The position numbers and the translations under genes are program-made. The notes beneath the pieces were generated by a model. The model saw only the letters and a program-made list of their open reading frames with translations, did no database searches and had not been told where the DNA came from. A stretch of 64,000 nt of DNA from Octopus bimaculoides (lineage: Eukaryota), in contig NC_068992.1 in the NCBI RefSeq assembly GCF_001194135.2, positions 66,161,666 through 66,225,665 on the forward strand, written 5' to 3'. Shown here piece by piece: positions 1 to 12,700 of the stretch; within the stretch, counting starts at the first letter, position 1, and the number at the start of each line of letters is the position of its first letter.

Positions 1-942
1 ACCAATTCCATCTTCATCCCTCGCAGACAATTAATCAAGCTGTATTGATGATCAATAAGTCTCTATAGACAGGTTCCACGAAGATTTCAATGACTGGAAC
101 TTTTATGAAACTCACTCAAATTAAAGATCGACAAATAAGAAATATTTTGGCTGAGATTTATTCTGGTCACACTTTTTTTTTTTTTTTGGTGAAAACTGAA
201 AATTCTAAAAGTAAAGAAAATAAATTCTTTACTTTTAAGCTTTAATTATTAACGAACCCTCGTGTGGAATCGTCAATAACGAACCTATATATTGTTTGAG
301 TTGCTTCCCAACAGAAATGAAACTTTCAGGCAGTTAAATGGAAGAATACTTTTGCACTGGTTTAGTTTCGGTCTTTTGAGTGTGGCCATGCTGCAGCACT
401 ACTTCGGTCAATCAAATCGATCCTAGAATTCACTTTTTAAATCTGGTATTTATTCTAAGCATTCTTATTTTTGCCCAACTATCAAGTTATGAGAATGTAA
501 ACAAACAAACACTGGTTGTTAAGGGGTATCCTACAAACACACAATACAAAGAGAGAAAAACACACACACACACATACACATCTACAAAATTCTCTTGCAA
601 GACAATGGTCATGTTGGGATACAGAAGGTGCCGCTCAGTGGAACTGAACTTCAGTTCCTGTTGTTTCAAAACAAAATTCTTAACCACCCAGCCAGCCATA
701 ACTTGCTCTTAGATAACACAGAATAATTCTACACAGAACTGGGGGTGGGGGGAATGATATTAATCAATGGCGAGAATAGAACGATAATTATATATACTGT
801 TAATTAACTTACAATAATATTTCTTTCCATTAATATAGATAAAATTTAATCAAACTTTGGTCATCTTTAATCTTTAACCCAGAAGCAACAAGAAATAAAA
901 GAGACCATTTTGGAAAGATAAGGGAGAATATAGTTTCCTTAC

Positions 943-1080
943 ATTCAATTTCTTGTCTTTGTCATCTTCCATAAAAGGAATCAGATAAGCGACAGCTTTC
1001 TTCATGACACGAGCAGACTTGATAACTTGTGGCAGAAACATTTTGCCAGAACCAAACAAATCTCCGACCGTGTTCATTCC
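943..1080 (-). CDS. MTR: MTR exon 21 (last in window)
   Basis: [46 protein letters not shown]; 138 nt, donor AT|GTAAGG. Confidence 0.93.
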
Positions 1081-3067
1081 CTGGAAACAAAAAAAAAAAA
1101 AAACAGATCTAACAATACTGTGAAATATGGGTTTCAAATTTTGGCACAAGGCCAGCAATTTAAGGGAAGCAAATAAGTTGATTACATTGACCCCCAGGGC
1201 CCAACTGGTTCTTATTTTATCCATCTTGAAAGAATGAAAGGCTAAGTCAGGCCCAGCGGCATTCAAAGACGGAATGTGAAGACAGACGATGCACCGTTAA
1301 GCGCTTTGCCCTGTGCACCAACAACCCTGCCACAGCTTGCTGCCTTAAAATACTATGGAATATTATTATGAGAATAACAACACTGGAACCAAATACTATA
1401 TTTGTGGCACTCGATCGGTTACGATAACGAGGGTTCCACTTGATCCGATCAATTGAACAGCCTGCTCATGGAATTAACAAGGAAGTGACTGAGTACTCCA
1501 CAGACACGTATGTCCTTAACATAGTTCTTGGGGGAGATTCAGCATGACACAGAGTGTGACAAGGCTGGTCCCTTTGAAATACAGGTATAAGAGAAACATG
1601 AAGAAAGAGTGAGACAAAGTTGTGATGAATGGGTACAGCAGGGTTCACCACCGCCCCCTGCCAGAGCCTCGTGGAACTTTAACTCTGAGACGAGCATTGC
1701 CGATTCCCTTTCTAGAAACTTTGAGTTGTTTTCCTGCCAATGGCTTTGAGAACAATAAAACTGACAGGTGCTTACCTTCATTAATGGCCCTTCAATTATC
1801 TTCAAAGGGATTGGATAAGCATCTACAGATTGGTGAGCTTCTTGCACGTCTTGGATGATGTATTTGTCAATTCCCTTCAAGACATACAAACAAAAAACAA
1901 TAAAATAAGCAAAAAAGAAACGAAAATTCCTTTTAAACAATAAAAATAAAATTCTATTTTTATTTCTATTAATATAGTTTATAAATATATTTATTTATTT
2001 GTTTATTTATTGAGTGGTGTTATATTTTATTGACCCCGAAGGGATGCAATGCAAAAATGATGTCAGCAGCATTTGAACTCAAAATGAAAATGGCTGAAAT
2101 AAATGCCAGAAAGCAATTTTAAAACACTAACAATTCCACAAATCTCTGAAGCCATCATCATCATCACACTACCACCACCATCACCATCATCATCATCATC
2201 ATCAGCTAGAGGTGTCATTAATATACCAGCTGCTCACTTCCCATGAACATTGTTTTTCAAGTCTCAAAGTCTTTGCAGAGATTCCTTTCACTGCCAATTA
2301 ATGCTGTTTTTTGGGGAGGTGGGGTATGTTCTCTATATTCAATTTTTATTCCAATCATTTCCAACCAATTTTTAATCTCTTTGATCACTGTACCAACAAT
2401 TATTGGCACAGTAAACACTGGTGGTGGTGGTGGTGGTGGTGGTGGTGTTGCTGCTGCTGCTGCTGCTGTTGTTGTTGATGTTATTATTATAGACTAATAG
2501 TTCAGTTGTTGAGTACAGTTTAGTTTGTTCGATAAAATAAAGTAATAAAGGGAAAATGACCTTCACAAGAGAGTAAATGAGACGCTCCTCCAGGGGCAAA
2601 TTTCGCCATTCTTCCTCTGTCACATTCTTCTTCGGAGTTTTATCCAACTTCTGTGGACAGACATGAGAAATATATGTGAATGTGTGTGTGTGTGTGTATG
2701 TGAGTGTGTGTGTGTGTATGTATGTGTGTGTGTGTGTGTGCATGTGGACATATGTACGTATGTATGTACATTACTAAAACTTTTATTTCTTGCCTTACCT
2801 CTGCATACATTAACATTTGTTCGGTGCCATCTGAAATAGTATTCCATATTATGCCTTCGCACAGATGAAGAAGATTTTCTTCAATATCCGAATACAATGG
2901 AAGATTGCCAGCATTGACAATTCCAAGATCCATTCCAGCCTTTCAAACAGAAAAACAACATCATGAAATTAATACACAAAAACAAACAAAAATAAACAGA
3001 AACAATTCAACACAGGCCATCATCATCATCATCATCAATTCATCACACACCCACTCCCACCATCACT

Positions 3068-3102
<35 letters not shown>

Positions 3103-6100
3103 TTAATGTCTCTGTTCTGTGCTGGCATGGAGTGGACCATTTTTGGCAATTTCCATCATCAACCATCTTTCACATGGAATGGTTACATTTGACTACAGAA
3201 AAAACCAATGTCTTTCAGACGAGTGAATTATGATTAATTAAATTTTCTGTTCATTTTGGAAATAAATTTTCTTTGATGTCTGCTCATTTTTCAGATTTCC
3301 CCATATTTTGTTTATTAGCTTTTTACAGTTGGTTTAAAACAATGTAGTCCTTAAATCCACATTCGGTATTTCCAGAATAAATTCATTTCTTGAAAATAAA
3401 ACTGCAAAGATCTGGAAACGTCAGAAAAGACTCAGGTAGCTCTACCAACTCAAAACAACTGCTACAAAAAACAATAAGAAAATATAGAAAAATCTACAAA
3501 ATAAAAGATAAAACTTTAACATAGTCATCATCATCATTTAACGTCCATGTCCTATGCTGGTATGGGTCAGATGGTTTGACAGGATCCAATAAGCCCAAAA
3601 GTTGCATCATAATTTAATCAAAGGTAAAGCTTCATGTGTTTATTATTACTAATTATTTTTAGGTGGTAAATTGGTTAAGTCGTTAGAGCACTGGGCTGAG
3701 TTCCTCATAGTTGTTTGTTGTGAATCTGAACAGTCCAAGATCAAATCATATTCAAAGGTGCAGGAGTGGTTGTGTGCTAAGTAGCTGGCTTCCCAACCAC
3801 ATGGTTCCGGGTTCATTCCCACTGTGTGGCACCTTGGGCAAGTGTCTTCTACTATAGCCTAGGGCCGACCAATGCCTTGTGAGTGGAGTTGGTAGACGAA
3901 AACTGAAAGAAGCCCGTTGTATATACGAGTGTGTGTGTGTGTGTGTGTGTGTCAAGGCGTGTGGCTTAGTGCTTGGATATTCTGCTCAGAATTATAAGGT
4001 TGTGAGTTCAATTCCCAACAGTGTGCCGTGTCTCTTGAGCAAGACACTTTATTTAACATTGTTCCGGTCCACTCACCTAGCAAAAGTGACCCATACCTGT
4101 ATTTCAAAGAACCAGCCGAGTCACATTCCGTGTGACGCTGAATCTCCCAAAGAACTACGTCAAGGGTTACATGTGTCTGTGCAATGCTCAGTGCCACTTT
4201 CATGCAGATTTCATAATCAGGCTGTTCCAATGACCGGATCAACTGGAACACTCGTTGTCATAACCGATGGAGTTCCAGTTTATGTTTTTCCCTATCTTTG
4301 TATTTGAAGCTGAGATTTCCTTTCACTATTACGCAGAGGTTTCCAAAGATTTCTGATTGCGTTAAGATTGAACTAAAGCCTCAAAGACAAGGTTAATTAG
4401 CCACAAAACCATTTTATTCTTAAAGTAGAAGAATCAGATATTTACCTTGATAGCATGATATAAAAACACACTGTGCATTGCTTCACGGATTTGGTTTTTA
4501 CCACGAAATGCAAAAGAAAGATTGGAAATCCCACCACTGATTTTGACACCAGCAAGATTTTGCTGCAAAATAATAATGATGATAATAATAGTAATAATAA
4601 TAATTATAATAATAATAGAATAGGAAGCCGGACATAGTTTTAATTGAGAAAGAAAGCAAACTATGCTGGATCATAGACATAACATGCCCAGCAGACAACA
4701 AGGTATGTAATAAGGAAGAAAGAAAAGTCGAGAGACATGACAGGTTAGCTTGGGACGTTAAGCAGTTATGGTTGATGAAAAAGGTGGCAGTAGTACCGAT
4801 AATTGTCGGGAACAGTGAGCAAAAATCTCGAGAAGTATGTGGAACAAATAGGGGCTGCAATAAGGGTGGTGGTGATGATGCAGACAGAAACACAAGAGAT
4901 TGCAGTCACGCATTCAATAAATCCACATTCTTCTAGAAAAAATCCAATTTATCTGAAACCATTACCAACCTTGACAATACTTGTGGCATTGATGAAATTT
5001 TTAACATAATCATTGTGTTCTTCTATTCCTGTAGCAATGGTCAGAATATTCAAATCAAAGATGATATTCTGGGGCAAGAGTTTAACCACTTCTGTAAGAA
5101 TTTTATATGATCGCTCACAGATCTCAACTTTTCTCTCAACACTGGTCGCCTGCATTAAAAATACAAATCAGTCGTTATTTTTATTGCTAATCAATCAACA
5201 GAGGTGGTGGAGGTGGCTGTGATGGCAGGGGGAGGGGAGGCTGATTATAGTGATGGTGGAGGTGGTGGTGGTGGTCGTCGTCATTGTAGTAGTAGTATGG
5301 GTGGTGGTGGTAAGAGTAGTGATTATATAGCTGTAACTGACTTTATCAATGGTAGTGGTGGGAGATGGTGATGATGAGGATGACAATAATGATGACGGTG
5401 ATGACGATGATGATGATAAGGATGATGGTGAAGATGATGATGATGACAATGATGATGGCGATGATAATGATGATGATGATGATGGCGATGATGATGTTGG
5501 TAGCTCAACTGCTCCTCACCTGACCTTCCTCATCAAAGCACATCACAATGACACAGGCGCCATACCGTTTGATGCACTTCGCTTTCTCTATGAAATCTTG
5601 CTCCCCCTCCTTCAGGCTGATACTGTTGACGATACACTTGCCCTGGCAACACTTGAGGCCAGCCTCGATCACAGAGAAACTGGACGAATCAACACAGAGG
5701 GGCACCTGGGGAAGAACAATCGCAATGACAATAATGATAATAATGACAAACGTAAGAGTAATAACAGTAACGATGGGAATAACAGTAATGATCGGAATAA
5801 CAAGAATGATCGGAATAACTAGAATGATCGGAATAACTAGAATGATGGGAATAACAGTAATGATGGGAATAACTGTAACGATCGGGATAACAAAAATGAT
5901 GGGAATAACTAAAATGATGGGAATAACTAAAATGATGGGAATAACTAAAATGATCGGGATAATTGTAATGATGGGAATAACTAATAATCCTTTCTATTAT
6001 AACCACAAGGCCTANNNNNNNNNNGTACTTGACTGGTACTTAAATTAATGACCCCAAGAGGATGAAAGACAAAATTGACCTCAGTGGAATTTGAACTCAG

Positions 6101-6755
6101 AACGTAAAGACAGATGGTGCAAACGATGGTGTTGGTTGTGTTGGTATTAATGGAATGGTTGTGATGGACATAGAATAACGTTACGACAACAACAACAACA
6201 ACTACAAGACTGTGCACTGAACCTTTGCAATATCAGGATCCGATGCAATGAAATTCACAAAAGTCGCCATTTCTTCCTCACTGTTGAGCAATCCTTCATC
6301 CATGTTGACATCAAGGATTTGTGCACCGTTGGCCACTTGGTCTTTGGCAACTGAAAGCGCATTCTGCAACAACATCAACACAATGAATATAAATTAAGTC
6401 ACAAATCAACAACAACAACAACATGAAGAAAATTTGAGCAAGAATCATCTTTCCCCATCCCTTGAAAATGCTAGCCCCATACCATAAATATATCTAGGCC
6501 TCACCTCATAATCTTGTTTCTTTATAAGATTCGAAAATCTCTTCGACCCAGCCACATTACATCTTTCCCCAATGTTAACAAAATTGGTGTAGGGTCCAAT
6601 GACCATCGGTTCCAAACCTAGAAATACAAATACAAAAACCAAAAACAGTGAAACAAAGCGAAATAAAAGAGAAGACAGCAACAACAACAATTAAAAGGTT
6701 AGCAGCAAAGTTTCCATATCTTGTTTCCTATGCTATTATAATAATATTTAGCAGA

Positions 6756-6795
<40 letters not shown>

Positions 6796-9700
6796 TAAAC
6801 TATTTCTTTCTTTATCTCAACCCAAAGTCTGTGTGCTGGTTGTCTTGGTATGCAAATTTTCAATATTTACATTTGAAATCATTATAAAACAGATTTATAC
6901 ATCAATATATCTTTTATTCCTGATATTCTTTTATTCTTTTGTTTGTTTGTTATTTGACTGCGGCCATGCTGGAGCACTGCCTTTAGTCGAGCAAATCGAC
7001 CCCAGGACTTATTCTTTGTAAGCCTAGTACTTATTCTATCGGTCTCTCTTGCCGAACCACCCTGTTGTCAAGCGATGCTGGGAGGACAAACACAGACACA
7101 CAAACATACACACACACACACACACAACAGACACATGCGCATGCACACACACAAACACATCTATGAACCCCTCACTGGAAATGTAAATAGAAACACCAGT
7201 CAACATACCTGATAGCTGTGTATATGAAGGGCTCAAGGGAATGGAACGCTGCCTTGGTGCTAAGCCTTTCATAGCCTCAGCAATGGCCCTGGATAATGAG
7301 ATAATTGCAAACTTTGTTACAGTTGGACTACACCATATATATTTATATATAAACTACAATGAACAACAGTGAACTCCAGTAAACAACAATGAACCACAAT
7401 GAACCACTGTATAAACTGAAGAATTATGGAACACCAATAAACACCAGAGAACCACTTCATTCTGCTTCACTGATTCTATGATAAAGATTATAAAGTTAAA
7501 ATAATGAGGTGACATCAAAAGAGAGCCCAAACCTTATGTGCGCAGGAGTCGAGCCACAACATCCTCCGATAATATTTACAAGTCCATCCTCAGCAAAAGA
7601 CTGAAAGACAAAACATACATCATTCATACATATTGGGTGTTTATATATATATATATATCATCATCATTATCATTGTCTAACATCCACCTTCCATGGTGGC
7701 ATGGGTTACATGTGTGCATGTGTGTGTGTGTGTGTGTACAGCAATGTAGAAAAACAGTGGCAGGATTTGGAGAGAGGTAGATTGAGATGTAGATAAAGAG
7801 AATGACCAGAGAATGTTAGGAAGATGATTGGAAGAGAGAAAGATGCACACATGCATGCACATGCACATAATATGAAGATATTAGAAGCACTGAAGAATTG
7901 TTTTAACAAATAAAAGATTGACTGTAAAAACAGAAAGTTATTGAAATAACTTTTAGGATTTGGTCTACATTTTTTTTTACCAAATTTGGAATCTATAATG
8001 ATAAATTATTAGATTGGTTGACTCCCAAATTAGTAAAAGATTACAAACCTTTAAGTTAGCTGCCATCATTTCTTCAGTCTCATCATATTCACCAAATGCA
8101 TTTGGTAAACCTTCACACAGATGAATTAAACAAATATTATATACACATTCATATTTATATATGTATATACATATGATGTATAAAATACAGAAAACTAGTA
8201 TGGTATTCAAAGCTTTATAGAACACACACTTGTTTCACCAAATTACTGTCATGATTACATAAATACTGAAACATTATATAAACAGGATTTTCTACACCTG
8301 AAGAATTTCAGTAATGGTCTGGAATTTGACAGTGTTGATAGCCCAGAACTCGGGTTGAGCACTTCTCTGGAAATACCCTACCTTTATACTCTTCTTGGAC
8401 ATAAGGTGTGTGTGTGTATACCAGAATAAGCACATAAATGTGAAACAAGATGGGAAAAATAGTACTCAAATACCAGAGGTAGAGTAATATGCTTTATCAA
8501 AAAGCAGCAAAAATATCACAAAAACTGTTACTCAGAGTTTCACGTTCCCGTTCATTGGACAGTTTTGTTTAGAACTCTAAACAAAACTGTCCAATGAACG
8601 GGAAGATGAAACTCTGAGTAACATCCAAATGGTGACAAAGGTGTATATTTGGGGGGGAGATCAATATTAACCACACCTGAACAGACTTACCTGCATTAGG
8701 GTAACAGATGACAAAAGCCTCAGAGTTTTTGGAAATGATTTCAATGAAGGGTCTCATAAGCTGGGCCCCTAAGGAACAGTTCAGCCCTAAACTGGGATTC
8801 AAGAAACAAAACAAAAACAATAAAATAAAGAAATACGTTAATACAAACAGGGTTAAGCAACCACAACAACTCAGTTATCAATTTTGTTGTTGTTGTTGTT
8901 GTATACAAGTGTGTCTATGAGGGGGTAATGAGGAGGGGGGAGGGCAGAAATGAGTTGCAAACATCTGATATTTACAATAAAAACGTCACCAAAGAGAGAG
9001 GGAGCCAAAAGAGGGTGGTGAACATCATTATAGTTGAAGACAGGGGATAAAGGGGGAAGGGAGGAGGAGAGATACAGACAGACAGAAAGTGAGATATATA
9101 GAGAGAAAATGGAGTAGAGAGAAAGAGAGAGACAATGGGGTCGAGAGAGAGAAAGAGAGATAGAAAAAGAGAATGAGAATGGTTAGAGAGAGAGAGAGGG
9201 GGGAAAGGAAGTGAGAGAGAGAAAGAGGGAGAAAGAAGAATGTTGGAATGGTGTTGGGAAAAGAAGGAAGATAAGAACGAAGAAGAAGAAGAAGAGAAGG
9301 AAATAATCTTACCACATTGGATTGGTGTGAGATACGCTAATCATGAAGGCTTCTGTTGTTTGTCCTGATAATGTCCGACCACTCAAGTCAACAATGGTAC
9401 CACTTACCTGAAGAAAGGAATCACAAGTTTACAATTCTGAGATAAACTTCCAAAATTAGGAATTCTTTGTTTTTAGAAAATTGGGGCAAAGTTTCTTGGC
9501 CCAAAACACAAATAAATATATATTCAAGATCCATATTCACTGTGCTCAATGGTGAACAAGATATCTTGCCAACCATGAAGTAGCAGGTTCAATTCCAAGA
9601 AGAAGCAAGACTGGGTCAGTGTTTTTATCACAGTTTCAGGTTGATTAAGGCAATGCAGGTAAAACTGGGGTAAATGGATTCTGTTATAGAAACCTGTTGA

Positions 9701-12700
9701 GTAGATTTTACCTGTGATTCAAAGATCCAGTTTTGTCAGACTGTGTCATCCTGATTCCATCCAAAATTCTACGGTTGATTCGTTTGACAAAAATTCCTCA
9801 ACATGGTGCTCCAGAATGGTCACAGTCCAATGAATAAAACAAATAAAAAGATGAAGAAAAAAAAAGCATAGAGGCAATGCACATGAACCGTGGACTCTTC
9901 AGTCCTCAGTCATTAGTCTAACAGACTAACGACTTACCCAGATATGTATGAGACAGATGTAGACATCACTCTTGGATTAAAGAAATCTGCTTTGGGAATA
10001 CATGGCTTGAGGTTAATCCAGTTGCCTGACACCTTGAGCATGTTCTTCAGCTCCAGACACAGGTTGACCATGATTGGTGGTCAGGGTTCAATTCATCAGA
10101 AATGAATTAGTTTCTGATGGACTGACCCCTGTATTTTGTACACAAAATAATGAAATAAGGGAATTGATTAAAACTTACAAAAATTGGACATTGTCTGTTT
10201 GTTTCTTCAAACAATTCATCAAGGGCAAAAAATGCTGCCTAAAATAAAACAAACTTCTTATTAGAAATCATTATTTATTATTATCAGTACCATTATCATC
10301 ATCATCATTCTCCATCCTTATTGCAGCCCCTATTTGTTCCATGTACTTCTCACGATTTTTGCTCACTGTTCCCAGGGCTCCGACAATTATTGGTACCACT
10401 ACCACCTTTTTCATCGACCACAACTGCTTAACTTCCCAAGCTAACCTGTCATATCTTTCGACTTTTCTTTTTTCCTTATCGCATACCTTGTTGTCAGCTG
10501 GGCATGTTATATCTATGATCCAGCTTAGTTTGTTTTCTTTCTCAATTAAGACTATGTCTGGCTTCGTATTCTCAATATCATGGTCACACTGAATCATAAA
10601 ATCCCATAGGATCTTTGCATTTCTATTTTTGATGATGCCTTCAGGTTTGTGGTCATACTAATTTTTTGCTCTGTCAAGTGCATACTTGTCGCAAAGTGTC
10701 CAAAGGTCAAGTCTGGCCATATTGTCGTGGCGTCTTACCAAACTCTTATCAAACAGCAAGGAAAAAACTTCTCCACATCTCAAATGACAGGGTCTTTCCT
10801 CAAAAACTCTCGGCTGCCCTGGCCAATGTCTGGGATAAACTGACCCCTGGGTACCAACAAAGATACTAACGAACTCTATATTCACATGATAAACAAAGCA
10901 AAGAATGAGATGAAGATAACAGGTTGGTCAGGTGTGTGTCACACATCTCACCAGTGGTCAGTACCACTGCAAGAGGTCAATACCACAGCATTTGGGCAGA
11001 GTAAAAGATGTCGTTGACTATGTTTGACTGTTGGCTGGTCATCACTGTCAGGAAAGGGGCAGGAAGTTCAGGAAATGCTGAAATAACCAAGAAACATTCA
11101 GTTTTATTTCATGTGATCCCTTTAAAGGGATTCTGAAGTGATGGGGGAGAAGCGTCGAGGGATTTATGTTCAAACAAGGGACCTGGTTTGAATGCATGAA
11201 TCTGAGTGGATTCACTAAAGACACCCAGGGTACCAGGTAATGGTGGGTGGTGGACGTGGCGGCAGCGGTGGTGGTGGTGGTGGTGGTGGCAGCGTTGGGT
11301 GACAGATGAAGTGCATCATCTGAGTAGGCCATGGAGAGATTTGAACTCAGAATGAAAGGAACCAAAACAAATACCAGAAGGCACCTACTCCGATATTGTT
11401 CAGTTCTGCCAATTCGCTGAACTGAATGTGTATCGACCCCAAAAAGACGAACAGCAAGGATACCATTGGTGGGATGTGACCTGAGCAACAGAGACAAAAG
11501 AGATAAACACCACAAGGTACTTTATCCAAGTCAAAATTTTCAGTCACTCTCTCTCTCTTTCTGTCTCTCACTCCCCTCTCTCCTTCTTTCAATCTGTCTG
11601 ACTGCCTCTCTCTTTCTCTCGCCCTCTGTCTCTAGCTCTCTCTCTCTCCTCTCACTTACTCTCTCACCTTGGCATTTGCTGTATCAAATATGGTTTCCAC
11701 CAGAAACACATCGACCCCTCCATCCAATAAACCCTGAGCTTGTTCTTTATAAGCTGCCACAAGTTGATCAAAAGCTGAAGAAGAACAAAACGTAATTAAA
11801 TTAATCATCAGATCTTATCAAACCTTTCAAGCAGTTTCTTCTCTTTTAATAAACTGTTTCTATTTACATTTCACACACAATTCCGACATAATTTTCATTA
11901 AAACAGAACAAAAATATTTTTGAAGTTTAGAAGAAAACATTAAATGAAGAGGGTGACACTTTATTCTGATGAAGGAAATTAAAGTCTGAGAAACAAACTA
12001 GGGACAGATTGTGTTGGCACAAATAGATAATGGTTGATAATAAGTATGGAGATGTACTTGCATAGCAAGTGACCTGATCTGAGATATCGTGTGCTGGAAC
12101 AAAAACAATTGCAGCGTGGAAGGTGTTTATAAGCCATTTAAGAAACACACAAAAACCGTTAGATTCACTTCAATATATAAATTTAATTTGCCAAAATATT
12201 TTCATCGCTTTCAGACTGCGACATGTCCACTGACAAAATTCCGTGCTGCTGCGTCAGTGAATAGGCCGCAGTCTCAAACATGACCNNNNNNNNNNNNNNN
12301 NNNNNNNNNNNNNNNNNNNNNTATATATATATATATATATATTTCTTTATTGCCCACAGGAGGCTTAAACATAGAGGGAACAAACAAAGACAAAGGGATT
12401 AAGTCGATGTAATCGACCCCAATGCATAACTGGTACTTATTTTATCAACCCCGAAAGGATGAAAGGCAAAGTCGACCTTGGCGGAATCTGAACTCAGAAC
12501 ATAATAGCAGACGAAATACCGCTAAGCATTTCACCTAGCGTGCTAACGATTCAGCCAGCTCACACAAAGTACACACACACACACAGTAATCCCTCGACTA
12601 TCGTGGGTGTTACATTCCAAAGCCTCCCATTGAAATAATTCAAATCTTAAAAAAATATAAATTCCTATCAGCCGCAGAAACTCACGATATACAGAGAAGT

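Noticed and set aside
487-699. Minus-strand ORF MAGWVVKNF... as a next MTR exon
   Set aside because: No resemblance to the expected GTIVLATVKGDVHDIGK segment; the next exon must lie beyond the window edge
3961-4020. tRNA-like sequences here and at other SINE heads
   Set aside because: A/B boxes continue into SINE bodies; no complete cloverleaf, so no tRNA genes are called
5048-5065. IIFDLN in place of the usual IIFDPN in the MTR folate-binding domain
   Set aside because: I cannot establish without an alignment that this position is invariant; the gene is otherwise intact
5195-6048. Asp/Asn/His/Ser-rich ORFs around MTR exon 15, and the many HTHT, YIYI, SLSL and CVCV ORFs elsewhere
   Set aside because: Translations of (GAT)n, (CA)n, (TA)n and (GA)n microsatellites
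9938-10025. Possible poison exon in MTR intron 7 (strong GG|GTAAGT donor)
   Set aside because: The acceptor lacks a pyrimidine tract; no other support
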